DNA of 63,216 bases, counting the filler, from Ministeria vibrans ATCC 50519 (lineage: Eukaryota > Protista > Filasterea): assembly GCA_943704425.1 (NCBI GenBank). It is 5 parts of 5 records of this genome, joined end to end, with 100 filler letters (N's around TTAATTAATTAA, not from the genome) between each part and the next. Parts side by side here need not be neighbours in the genome. Positions count along the whole stretch, not along the records: positions 14,823 to 39,881 come from CALSCP010000540.1; positions 39,982 to 42,505 come from CALSCP010000149.1; 3 more parts are not named here. One strand, given 5' to 3'. The translations under genes and the position numbers were made by a program. A model generated the notes under the pieces. It was not told the DNA's origin. It saw only the letters and a list, made by a program, of their open reading frames with translations, and did not search any database. This document shows, piece by piece, positions 29,099-40,337 of this stretch (the stretch's first letter is position 1; the number at the start of each line of letters is the position of its first letter).

Positions 29099-31598
29099 AT
29101 GTTTGAATACCGTCACTCAAGTGACGCAAACACCATTACTTATGACGGTAGGTTGCATTATTCTAATTGTCCGCTTCGTTTTCTCGCGACCCACCTCCAC
29201 CAACACAATCCCATAATGGCCTTACCGACAGCCCCAATATACCCTTCTTATCCCTTGTCGGATGCCCATTGCTTTAATGCTCTTGCAGCCTGTCTCGTTT
29301 GCCTGGAAAGTTGAAGTCGGATTAATCAGACTTTGACGATGTGACAAATTGACAATGAATAATTATTTTTTGATTTTTCTCCATTTAAATTCGTAGACCA
29401 ATCGCCCCTTGTCCCCCAACCGCCCGCTCCTCAAGCTCTTGATGGCAACATCAACGACATGTCGCTGGGCGACGCGGTCACGGAACTGGCGGAGAACGCA
29501 CTTGAAGCCAACGCAAAGAACTTCGCGTACACATACACGGACGAGGCGATCGCCATCCACGACGATGGTGACGGCATGAGCAAGGAGGGGCTGCTTGCCT
29601 TTTCGCAGATGGGCGGCACCACACGCCGTGCGGCGTTCGAGCAGGCCAGCTCAATTGGCCGCTACGGCGTCGGCTTCACGTCGCTGTTTCGTCTCGGCCG
29701 ACGCGTTGTTGTCGAGAGCAAGACCGCGGGCCAGCCGGCGCACAAGGTCACTTTTAATCGGGTATGATCCTGTTGTCTGCGTCGGTGTGAAGGCGTCACG
29801 AGACGAAATGTTCAATGGTTGTTTTGCAGGATCGCATGATTGCTGAGGGAAAGTTCGCTGGCACCGCTCCCGAAGAGGTCGCGCCGTCCTCCCACGACGA
29901 CTCGTACACACACTTCACGATCACGTGCATCGACTCGAATGCGCTCGAGGAAGACGCCATCGACGACATGAAGCGATTTGTCGCGACGAAGCTGTCGCTT
30001 ATCCTTCGTGGCGGTCCTCATTACCTCCACCCCGATCGTGTCAAGCTGCACTTGATCGAGCTTATGCACTGCAACGTACAATTCAAGAAGGAACCGTTTA
30101 CTGTGCGCATTGACAATTGGAACAGTCGCAATGAGGAGGACCTCAACGCCTACGACCGCAACTTCAAGGTGTTCCAGCACATCAGTGGCGAGGCATGCAC
30201 CATCCTCAAGCTTCCTGTGGTTGTCGAAGACTCTCAGCCGTCACAGAGCAGCGCAGTTCCCGTTGCACTTCTCTACCTTCGCTACCGTCCGCTGACCATC
30301 GAAGACCCCGAAGTACCCAGCGCCAGCACGAAGACGATGCGTGTGTTCTGGCACGGCATGGATCTCACTGCAGGCGCCCAGAGCCAGCAGCTCCACCAGC
30401 TGTAAGAATGCCTCGAGCTCTTGTTTTTTTTCTTTTCTTTTACAGTTGCTTGACTCACAACAAACACACAGGTTGCAGTTTCTTATTGATTGTCTCGGAA
30501 ATGAGATGACGAAAAGCACAGGAGTGCGTCTGAAGAGCCGCTGTCCGCGTGTCGACGCAATTCTCTTCTTGCCTGTTCAGGCGCAGCCTGAGGTTTGCCC
30601 GAGCTCCCACAAGCGGTCGATAACTCTGGACGTATGTCAAATGGGCCTCACTGTCGAGTCACAACTGACTGTCATTCTCACACACTTGACAGACTCCCTA
30701 CCTGAAAGCAGCGCAAGAGGGTAAATTCGACCGTGCGACGCAGGCGGACAGCGCCGGTCATCCCGGTGTTCGCTTTGTAAACTGGCTCCGGAAGAGTGCA
30801 GAGCAAGACACAACGGTAGGGCGACTGAAAGGGCAATTTATACTGACATTGTTTCTGTTAATTGCTGTCACAGTGGCTCATTGACGAGAGCTCTCTGATG
30901 CCACTTCAACAAGGGGAGGCGCCCAGCGAACATCAAGCGAAATTCAAGCAAGTGCGCAATGGCAGCGGTGTTATCGAAATGGGCAACCACGTCCGTCTCA
31001 AGCACTCTCCCGATCTCCCACCCGTCATTGGCCAAGTGCAGTACTTTTCGCGCGTGCTTGTCAAGGACCAAGTGGCACGACAGGCGAATGCGCCACTGTT
31101 CACTCTCATGGTCACCCTTCAAGAGCGCTATCTAACAAAACCCACAACATACGAGCTTCCAGGTGACGTGCGAAAACAGCCCACTGCCGCTGACAAGAGC
31201 AAGTATGACAATCTCTTCCCTAAAAATTTTCGCCAAGTAAAATTCCCGAATCGGCTGAACAAAGGAGGTACGAGTCGGACAAGAGGAAGTATGCTCGAAA
31301 AAATTGTGTTGATATGAATTGTTTGTATGCACGCACGTAGACGAACAGAATATCAAATTGCATTTGGAGAGCTTTGCGAAAGAGCTTGTACCGTCGAGCA
31401 CCAAGTATGCGGATGGCCGAGAGCTCAAGCTCCAAGTTTGCCTCGTGTCGATGACGCAGACGCTTGATGGTGATGTACCTTGCAAATGTCCCCTGCCGGC
31501 GCGATGCGCGGCCCGTCTGATCCAGTCGTCCGCTCTCGGCTCTCCCTCAAGACGGAGCAGTAAGGGTACATCTCTCTTCAATAACACGCTCTCTCAAC

Positions 31599-31640
<42 letters not shown>

Positions 31641-33082
31641 ATCTTTGCCTTTCCCCAGGCTCGAAGGAGCACTTTTACTCGTATCCGGCGCCAACGGATC
31701 GGCTGGGCCAGATTGATCTCACGTTTGCAGTCTATGCTTCGATGTCAGAGGCGAAGTTGAAGGTGACCCCCGAGATCAAAGTCACATACATAGTGGCCCC
31801 CGAGTACGGTGTGCCTGCAATGCTTGAGCTCTATGATGCCAACAGCTCCTTGTCGAAATGCATCCTCAACGCTCCCGCGGCTGGACATCTGCTGAATGTT
31901 TGCGTTCGTGATGACAACAAAGAAATCATCCCCACGGCGTTCCTCAACCGTAAATATCCTCATGCGATTTTCTCGCTTGGAGTGGTGTCCGCTGGAAGAG
32001 AGCTTGCGGTAGTGAATGACTCTCGGAATTCGTACCCCACCGTGTCTGTGAAGACGCCACGCGTGCCACAAGGGAAGTTCTATTCGGTGACGGCTGCTAG
32101 CTGCTGGGGAATTGAGGGACCTGTGGACTACATGCCGCTGAGCGGTCAAGCGGACAAACTGGTTTGCACCCTCAAGTTGAGCAAGGCAGACGAGAGCGCG
32201 GACGAATCTGAGCTCGTGGTGGAGCGAACTCTCTCGGTGTGTTCCAACACTCTGAGTCTTGTGGTGGATGGCAGCGAGCCTGTGCCAGTAAACGAGGAGT
32301 TTTCCTTGGAGGCCGCAGTGATTAGCAAGGACGAGAGTGTGGTGCACGGCGAGGACACGAGCCAGTTTGTTTTGGAGGTGATGGGCAGGAGTCGGGCACA
32401 GTGGGAGCTGTCGGTTTTGAAGGTGCGACCACAGGCGCTAGCATCGGGACGCAGTCGTCCGATGCAAAAGATTTTGAAGGTGAAGATCACGTGCGTGTTG
32501 AAATGGATTGGGGGCGGTCCTGTGCCGACAGGAGTCAAGCAAGTGCACCTGAAAGTCAAGTACCTACGACTGGCGGAAAATATTGGTCTGCAAGTGCAGG
32601 CTGCGACGCCCATGAAGAAGCGCTTGCGCGAGGAAGAGGAGGTTGACGACGAGGAGGCTATGGACGACGAAGACGAAGAAGAAGAGGGCGAGGAGGAAGA
32701 GGAAGAGGAAGAAGAAGAAGAAGAAGAAGAAGAAGAGGGCGAGGAGGAAGAGGAAGAAGAAGAAGAGGGCGAGGAGGAAGAGGAAGAAGAAGAAGAGAAA
32801 GCGGAAGAGGAAGAGGAAGAAGAGAGTCCTCGGAAGAAACGGCGCGATGAGAAAGGTGCGGTGGACGTGCAGAAGCAGAGCAAGGTGGAGGAGAAGCGAC
32901 AGAAGAAGTTGGCGGGTCTGCATGGCTCTCTGACCGAGCATTTAAATGCGATGGAGGAATTGCACCGTCAGGAAGTAGAGCTGAAACGACAGTTGAAAGA
33001 GGTGAAGCAACAATTTCAGGTCAAAAAGGAGTTGGCCAAGAGCATTAAGAAGAAAATCTCCCTGCTGAAGGAGCATCATTAG
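29099..33082 (+). CDS. Island gene C: SMCHD1/GMI1-like GHKL ATPase (GHKL, transducer, BAH-like, Ig-like), acidic tract and coiled coil, no SMC hinge; about 8 exons
   Basis: Bergerat motifs ELAENALEA, IHDDGDGMS, SIGRYGVGF. Downstream YLRYRP, VFWHG, RVDAILFL, FVNWLRKSAEQD and GNHVRL..PVIGQVQYF parallel SMCHD1 IRYHP, CFWNG, RISGALF, FTLWLKDCHEKYD, GQLVK..LFYGSIVRF (recalled). Confidence 0.75.
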
Positions 33083-33139
33083 TGAGAAGAGAGAACGAGA
33101 GGTTTTATATGAATGAAAAAGATCTGAGTTGGTTTGTTT

Positions 33140-34396
33140 TTATGTGCTCACACTTGTAAAGCGACCGATTTTGGCCGCGACAGGCGTACATCGATCGCGA
33201 TCGTGCCGGTTAACAACGACACGGACGTCCCAGAACCGCCGTGAATGTCGAGTGTGACCAATAGTGGGGAGAGCGCGTCGTACACCGAAGACAACGTCTG
33301 CTGTACCCCTGCGTTTGTTGCCCTCGTAGAGCACCATTGTGAGCGGGATTCCAACTGACTCACTTGGCGTGGTGCCAGGGATATTCGCGTTTTGCACCTC
33401 AAATCGCTCAGTCGGGCTGACTAGGTGTGGTTTTCGTACTTCGTCAGTCGGGCATGGGACTTCCGATCCTCTTACAACCATTGTGTACTGCTGCAACGGT
33501 TGGAAGTTTATAGCGGGCATCTCAAACGTAATCTTGGCGGTCAGGGCGCCTTCATACGAGATCTTGCCTCGCATTTTTGGAAGTATTTCCCCAAATGGGT
33601 CCTCGTGATAATTTGTCGAGGACGAGCTCACTCGCTTGATTGGAAGAGTGATGAATTGCGGGAATGCTTCGCCTCGTTTTAGCGCTGGCGCATCTGTGTG
33701 TCTATCCACGGTTAAGGTGCCACAGCCCCTGTCGCTTTCCTCCGGCCGAGACGCTTGAGATCGTAACTCTTCAACAATCGCATCGCACCACTCGTTCTGA
33801 GTCTTCAAAGCGTCCGCAAGTCGCTGGAAGAGAACAGGGTGCCAGTGAGTGAGAGAGTAAAGAAAGCCGGTCGGAAGACAAACTACCGAGACAAATTGTG
33901 TGAGTGTGTGTGTGTGTGTGTGGAGGGGGGGNNNNNNNNNNNNNNNNNNNNNNNNNNNNNNNNNNNNNNNNNNNNNNNNNNNNNNNNNNNNNNNNNNNNN
34001 NNNNNNNNNNGTGCATATTGAGAGTGAAGGTGCATATTGAGAGTGAAGATACATTGAGAGTGAAGGTACATATTGAGAGTTACATATTGAGGTGAGAGAT
34101 TTAAGGTGGAAACAGAAGAGACTTCACATTCCAATTGCTCACATCTTTGTCCTGCTGCTCGAGCTGGCTCTCTGGCTTTGACTCAGAAACGATCTCTTTA
34201 AGCTTGTCCTTATGCTCCTCAAAATCCAAGTAGCTGACCCAGTGTAATCGCCTCACAATAGAGAACATCCGTGGGAGCAGTTCAGGGTGGCTCTGAGCCA
34301 ACCGTACCAATGACGCGTACTCCGAATCTCTCTCTTGCAGACGGAGGATCTCTCCTTCCTCAAACGAAAACGAGAGGAGGGAAATTATGTCATCGT
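33140..34396 (-). CDS. Island gene D: orphan with helical N-terminal part and beta-rich C-terminal part; 5' end unresolved
   Basis: Exons at about 34396-34143 and 33823-33140 are joinable in frame by a GT-AG intron that spans an N gap. Confidence 0.55.
34011..34092. repeat. Short tandem repeat CATATTGAGAGTGAAGGT
   Basis: About 5 degenerate copies next to an assembly gap, within the gene D intron. Confidence 0.7.
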
Positions 34397-34930
34397 CTAC
34401 AAGAAAAGATTAGACGCAACTCAGAGCTCACAGCGGTCGATAAACTACGGCAGCCCCTCCGCCCCAGTCTCAATGCCCCATGGTCCGTCGTCCACCGGCC
34501 CTTCGACGCCTGAAATGTATTTTCCAGGGGTGGCAGAAGTTTTGCTTTTGCTTCAAATTTTCACCCCCACAAAACGCAAAGGCTGAAGACAACTGAGGGT
34601 CCTTGTCACAAAATCAAAGAAGCAAAGCGTATATGTAGTTCACATACGAAGAATGCGAGCGAAATATGCAGCGCAAAGGCGTACTCATTCTATGGAGCTG
34701 TGAGATCAAAAATTCAAAATTGTTAGCCACCGTTACTCCGTTAGCCGGCAAGAGCCAAAATGCGATTTTGAATGAATAGAAAAATTAATTAAGGTTGATA
34801 AAGAGTAAACCATAATTATTTTCGCCGGAAAATATTTTTACTACTATCATTAATTTAATCTCGCGACGTAGAGACTCCTAGGCAGCTTTTTTAACCTTCT
34901 TTCCGCGCCATATCCGCGGTTCTGTTAATT

Positions 34931-37900
34931 TTGTACTCGTTGTGGGCGCAGCAAGGAGTACGCCTCGATGGCCAGTGGGTGTTTCTGACCGTTGGTGTTC
35001 GTTTTGGATTTTTCCCCACAGTGACCTCGCGCGTCAATATTCCACTGGCCACAAAGCGCCAACGCGACAGCAGCGATGAGGAGAGCGACGATGAGGAGAG
35101 CGGGAGACCCCGAAGCCCCCTCGACGTCATTCGCGATGTGAACGACGAGAGTTCCGACGACGACGAAGATCTGCAAGAGTCGGTGTTTGCCCAACGACGC
35201 TCTCCCCGCCTCCCGCACGCCGCGACCGCCGCAGCATCCCCCGAGCCCGCCCCCGCAAGTGTCGCTGCTACAGCCACCGATGCGCCCGCCAGCACGCCCA
35301 GCACGCCTCGCGTGGCAGTCGTGCCAGACACACCACCGCCCGACGACAGTGCCGACGGGCGCGAGAAGGCCGCGAGCCCATTTTCCATGACCGAGGCGTG
35401 CCGCATCAACACGGAGACGCTCAACATCATCATCGCCAACAGCTCGAACATTTTAACGGCAGTCAGAGAGGAGGCAAAGGCCAAACTGGCAAGCTATCAC
35501 GGCCAGCACACCTCGATCGCCGTGGTGGGAGCCCTGGGCGTTGGCAAGTCCTACACCATCAACTGCCTCGTGGCAAGCAGCAAGTTCCTGGCCGAGCACA
35601 ACTGTCAGAGCCCCGTTGGCTCAGTGCCACTCAAATCCAGTGCGGGAATCCTGTCTTGCACCAACAACATGGTCAGCATCACACACAAACCCGGGCCTTT
35701 CCAGATCGCGATCGATCGCTACACATTCACCGAGGAGAAGCGACCGGGTATGTCGAGTGCCTCCACTGCTACAATTTGCAGCGAATTTCTTCACGACAAT
35801 CTCGACTTTGCCGCTCTCTGTACGACCCTCGATGAAATGTTTCGGCGGGATCTTGGCATTGACGCGATCATTCGCCTGTCGGGACCGTTCGACATCCCCG
35901 AAAAGATCACTCTGTACGACACGCCCGGACTTGGTGATCAGTCAGACAACGACGAACAACCTTACAACACGCCACTCATGCGACATCTGCTCACCGACGC
36001 TGACGTGCTTGCCATTGTTTCTATGCGTCGTGCTTCGCGCGAGGAGATCACCTCCCTCATTGGCCGCGGTGCGCTCAGTGGTGTGCTCCGCAGGGCCGAT
36101 AACAAGACTCCAGTGGTGCTCAGCATCTACCGTGCCGACGAGCGCGACGTACAAGGTCACTTGCAAGAGGCTCGTCGTCATATTGAACGTGCCATCGACC
36201 AGGTCCTCTCCGGCACCCAGACCATTGCTGGTGTCGAGTTCCGCGACGATCAACTCTGGCTTGTTGACGCGATTCGCCGAAACGTCACACTCCTCTCGTC
36301 TGTGGGCCTAGACCAACGCCACGACGGGGCGGTTCGAGTTCTCGAGAACGTCCGCGAGCTCTCGCTGACAAACATCGCGTCGGCCGCGCTCTCAAGTGTC
36401 GCTAAAATGCTATTCAGTCACCTGAAACTCTCCACGTCTGCTGCCAACTACTCGAACCCAAAGAAGCATTTTACAAAGCGCTGGAACAAGCTTGTTGAGG
36501 CACTGCACTTCTCGAGCGATGTCACTGTACTCCATGAGAGCGACACGGCACAAAGAGCGCTCGAGGATGCCACCGAGCGGCTCCACGATTACTTTGAGGA
36601 AAATGAAGACGTGGTCAAGAGCCCGAGTCGCTCCGCAGGCGTTGTCGTCCACTACTCGCGCGGATTCCTCAAGCATTCGTGCGTCCACCTTGTTGTTCAG
36701 CATGTTGTCGACAGTTTCCAGCGGTTTGCGGTGGAGCTCAAGAACAACGCCAAAGGCAACAAGAAGGGCGGGTCAAAGGCGGCCAAAGATGAATCAGAGG
36801 AGAACGAGGGGCTCTACGCGGCTTTTGTGCTGGATGAGGATGAGCTGAATGCGAAGATTGAGTCGTCCGTGCTCGATGTGAGTGAATTCAGTCAGAGCGT
36901 CGCGACGACTTTTGCACAGTTGTTTGCCGCGAAAGAAGACCTTGGCGAACGTCGCCGTGTGCTCTGGTCGGTTGTCAAGCAGGAGTTTCTCGCCATCATC
37001 AACACGAAGAAGGCGACACTGTTAAACACGGTGCGCGACTTTCTGACCAGCTCCTTCACGAAACTCTCGCAAACGATCCAGGGGGTGTCTTCCAGCAAGG
37101 GCGAGACTCGTGAGGAGGTTCACAAGCAAATCAAGCAGCTCACGACCATGATCCGTGACATGCAAGTGCGCCGACGCACGGCAAAGCAAATGGTCAGCGA
37201 CATGCCTCGCCAGGACCCTAACTTGATTGTTGAAGAGCTTCGCAAGCTCGCCATCACCGGTTCTTCAGCAACATTGCGTGCTCCGGCTTCCTCTCCTTCT
37301 CCCAAAGCCGCCGCTGCAGCTGCCGCGCCCTCTTCAGCCCGACCAACGTCGCCACCCACCCACGAACTGGCGCCGCCCGCCAAATCGCTGAGTGTCAAGG
37401 TTGAAGAGGCGTCGCGGCCAACAAAAGGCATTCCTTCTTGCCTACTTGAGCTCGATGAGTCCGTTGTGATTGTGTCCGCGGTAGCAGCGCGTGCGGAAAA
37501 GGCGGCCAGCTCTGGCTGGACCTTTAGTGGACCCATTTCCAAGATCAAGGCGCACCTTCAGCCCGGAAACCAAAAGATCCAAACGACTCCTGTTTTGTCT
37601 ATCCTCACGCCCAACGTACTCCCCAAGAAGCTCAAGATTCTCGATCTTGTCTTTGGCGAGCGTGCCCTGAACATCGAAGAGTCTCGCTCTGTGTTTCTTG
37701 TTGTTGACGCTCGCTTCCCACAGCTCGCCGATATCACAGAGACCATCACGAAGAAGATCAAGTCGGCGACCTCTAACCAACCGATGCTTGGCTTTCTTGT
37801 CATTACTGGCGACGACCAGGGCGACACGATTGCCTCCTGCGACATGTGCACCAATGCAATGCGGTTCTTTGCGAGCGGTGCCCTCTGTGCTGAGCGTTTC

Positions 37901-38788
37901 TGGTTCCTCGAGCCCGGCATTAGCGACACGTCTCCTGTGTGGAACCCGCGGGGGCTCTACAGCGTGACGACGCCCATTCGAAGTTCGATCGACCGCACCG
38001 AACGAGACTGGCTGGCGATCTTGGCGGCCAAGGAAAAGTCCCAACGATTAGCACTCGCGAAGCTGTCCACTCCTATTGAAGTCGATTTTATAGACACTCC
38101 CGACAAGGGTGTTGACCTGCTGGAGAGCATTCTTCGGCAAAAACGGGCAAGTCACCCGTCGTTCAAGATTTGGGTGAGAGGGCTGAAGGCGGTGAACCGC
38201 GCGGCCATGAAAGTCGACGAGAAGGTTTTGGGAATTTGCATCGAGTGCGTGCGCGAACTCAGTCAGGAAGTTGATGGTTCACTCAGCGCTGAGCATCTGG
38301 AGCTGCGTGCCATTATTGACGATATTCTGGCGGTGGACAGTGTCGACAAGCAGCTGGTGGCTATGGGCTGGATGCCGTCTCCGTTTCAGGTGCACACAAT
38401 ACTCTCTGCGAGCCCCAAGACGTACCGGTTTGCGCGCAACTACCGCGACTCAAAAAACGTGGCACGCATGGCGGGACTGCGTGGTGCTGTGCTGTTTAAC
38501 TCGCAAGCGTTGCGGGCTGAATATGCCGGACCATCGCCGACGGGAGGGCGCGCGATAACGAACGACGTCTCCGGTTTCAAGTGGGAAAACGACCTTGTGG
38601 ACACACGGCGCAAGTTTCTCAACAAGATGTGCAGCAAGAACAGTCACCTTGCCGTCATGATCAACTTTTTCCTGGCACCGACTTACGCCAAGGCAGCGAA
38701 GTCGGGGCAGGAGTCAGCGAAGCCGACGCAGGAGGCGTCCCCGAGGCCATCCCCGAGGAAGCGCTCACGAAAGAAACAATTTGTGTGA
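34931..38788 (+). CDS. Island gene E: ~1260 aa dynamin-like GTPase with helical stalk and C-terminal degenerate GT-A (GREB1/TAGT-like) domain; true start possibly ATG 34968 plus a short intron
   Basis: G1 GALGVGKS (35528), G2 LKSS..SCT, G3 LYDTPGLGD (35918), degenerate G4 SIYRAD. 3.8 kb uninterrupted ORF ending RKRSRKKQFV. Confidence 0.78.
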   Translation: MYSLWAQQGVRLDGQWVFLTVGVRFGFFPTVTSRVNIPLATKRQRDSSDEESDDEESGRPRSPLDVIRDVNDESSDDDEDLQESVFAQRRSPRLPHAATAAASPEPAPASVAATATDAPASTPSTPRVAVVPDTPPPDDSADGREKAASPFSMTEACRINTETLNIIIANSSNILTAVREEAKAKLASYHGQHTSIAVVGALGVGKSYTINCLVASSKFLAEHNCQSPVGSVPLKSSAGILSCTNNMVSITHKPGPFQIAIDRYTFTEEKRPGMSSASTATICSEFLHDNLDFAALCTTLDEMFRRDLGIDAIIRLSGPFDIPEKITLYDTPGLGDQSDNDEQPYNTPLMRHLLTDADVLAIVSMRRASREEITSLIGRGALSGVLRRADNKTPVVLSIYRADERDVQGHLQEARRHIERAIDQVLSGTQTIAGVEFRDDQLWLVDAIRRNVTLLSSVGLDQRHDGAVRVLENVRELSLTNIASAALSSVAKMLFSHLKLSTSAANYSNPKKHFTKRWNKLVEALHFSSDVTVLHESDTAQRALEDATERLHDYFEENEDVVKSPSRSAGVVVHYSRGFLKHSCVHLVVQHVVDSFQRFAVELKNNAKGNKKGGSKAAKDESEENEGLYAAFVLDEDELNAKIESSVLDVSEFSQSVATTFAQLFAAKEDLGERRRVLWSVVKQEFLAIINTKKATLLNTVRDFLTSSFTKLSQTIQGVSSSKGETREEVHKQIKQLTTMIRDMQVRRRTAKQMVSDMPRQDPNLIVEELRKLAITGSSATLRAPASSPSPKAAAAAAAPSSARPTSPPTHELAPPAKSLSVKVEEASRPTKGIPSCLLELDESVVIVSAVAARAEKAASSGWTFSGPISKIKAHLQPGNQKIQTTPVLSILTPNVLPKKLKILDLVFGERALNIEESRSVFLVVDARFPQLADITETITKKIKSATSNQPMLGFLVITGDDQGDTIASCDMCTNAMRFFASGALCAERFWFLEPGISDTSPVWNPRGLYSVTTPIRSSIDRTERDWLAILAAKEKSQRLALAKLSTPIEVDFIDTPDKGVDLLESILRQKRASHPSFKIWVRGLKAVNRAAMKVDEKVLGICIECVRELSQEVDGSLSAEHLELRAIIDDILAVDSVDKQLVAMGWMPSPFQVHTILSASPKTYRFARNYRDSKNVARMAGLRGAVLFNSQALRAEYAGPSPTGGRAITNDVSGFKWENDLVDTRRKFLNKMCSKNSHLAVMINFFLAPTYAKAAKSGQESAKPTQEASPRPSPRKRSRKKQFV

Positions 38789-38853
38789 GTGTGTGTGTAT
38801 GTGTATGTGCGTGAGAGAGAAAGAGAGAGAGAGGGAGGGAGAAACAAACAAAG

Positions 38854-38953
<100 letters not shown>

Positions 38954-39505
38954 ATGAGATGTTTCAAAGAAGGTGCGGAGCAATCAGTGCAGAGAGATTA
39001 TTAAGTTTGAAAGATTCATTAATAAGACGTGGTGCTTTCTTTTGCTTTTTCTCGCGATGGATGAGTCGAATCCATCAGCACAGCAATTCACATTGGCACG
39101 CGTTCTTTTCAATATCGTTGGTCGTGAGCCTCTCGTCGACAAGAAATCTTGTAGCGAGAAAACTCGCTGTGGCAGGAAGCAAGAAGGGCCTTGATCACCT
39201 CGAACGTATCACATAAAAGAGTCGCTGACGCAGCGAGTGCGCGTAAAGAAGGTGCGGGGCGGACATTCGCTAAAGGTCTCCTGACGCGCATTTACGCGGC
39301 CACCAGCCTCTGGTCAAACTAGATGACGACATCGATGCGCTCCGATCAAGCATATACTACTATAATTGTATACTTCATGTATCTCTCTTACACACTCTCT
39401 CTCGCTCGCTCGCGCTCACACACACACACACTCTCTCTCTCTCTCTCATACTCGCTCTCACTCTCGCACATCGCATCAAACCCTTTTTACCCCTTTCACG
39501 CTCCC

Positions 39506-39881
39506 TCACGCATCCGACCACGGACGGTACCCGCCAGCCGCATCGTCCGTCGACCCATCCTCATCATTGAGCTTGTAATGGCCCCCGCCAGCCATGCCTC
39601 CCATCTGGATTGCGTCGCCACCCGACTTGCGACGGCGGATCACCACAGCAAACACAGCAACAATCAGCAGCGACAGAACACCCACCACAATGCCAATCAA
39701 CGCCCCTTGCGACATTCCTCCCCCGTCGCCCGTGTCCCGCTGTGCCTCGTCCGGCACCGCCGTAAACCCCAACACAATCGGAGTGCACGCCACAATGTTC
39801 GACGGTGTTCCAATCATCAGCGACTGGCCCACCACCGACTGCGCTCCCTGCAACGGCAGTCCCGACACTCCCACCAGCACC
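39506..39881 (-). CDS. 3' end of a second SOD-repeat membrane protein paralog (truncated by contig end)
   Basis: Near-identical to 15899-16273 in the last repeat and cytoplasmic tail. Diverged in stalk and TM. Confidence 0.85.
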
Positions 39882-40005
39882 NNNNNNNNNNNNNNNNNNN
39901 NNNNNNNNNNNNNNNNNNNNNNNNNTTAATTAATTAANNNNNNNNNNNNNNNNNNNNNNNNNNNNNNNNNNNNNNNNNNNNAGAGAGAGACAGAGAGAGA
40001 GAGAC

Positions 40006-40048
<43 letters not shown>

Positions 40049-40064
40049 GGAGAAAGAAACAAAG

Positions 40065-40111
<47 letters not shown>

Positions 40112-40337
40112 AAGAAACAAAGTGATAGAGAGAGAGAGGAGGGAGAAAGAAACAAAGTGATAGAGAGAGAGAGGAGGGAGAAAGAAACAAAGTGATAGAG
40201 AGAGAGAGGAGGGAGAAAGAAACAAAGTGATAGAGAGAGAGAGAGGAAGTAGAAAGAAACAAAGTGATAGAGAGACGGTGTCGCGGGTTGATTGATGTCG
40301 CGGGTTGATTGACGCCGTGGCGCACGTTGTTTTCAGG

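Noticed and set aside
31268-31340. Apparent stop/frameshift splitting the GHKL gene at 31315-31319
   Set aside because: It is explained by a GTACGA...CGTAG intron that joins the ORFs in frame.
39225-39325. Short hairpins and CTAG at the right island border as a Helitron 3' end
   Set aside because: The stem is only about 5 bp, CTAG is followed by A rather than T, and there is no Rep/helicase ORF.
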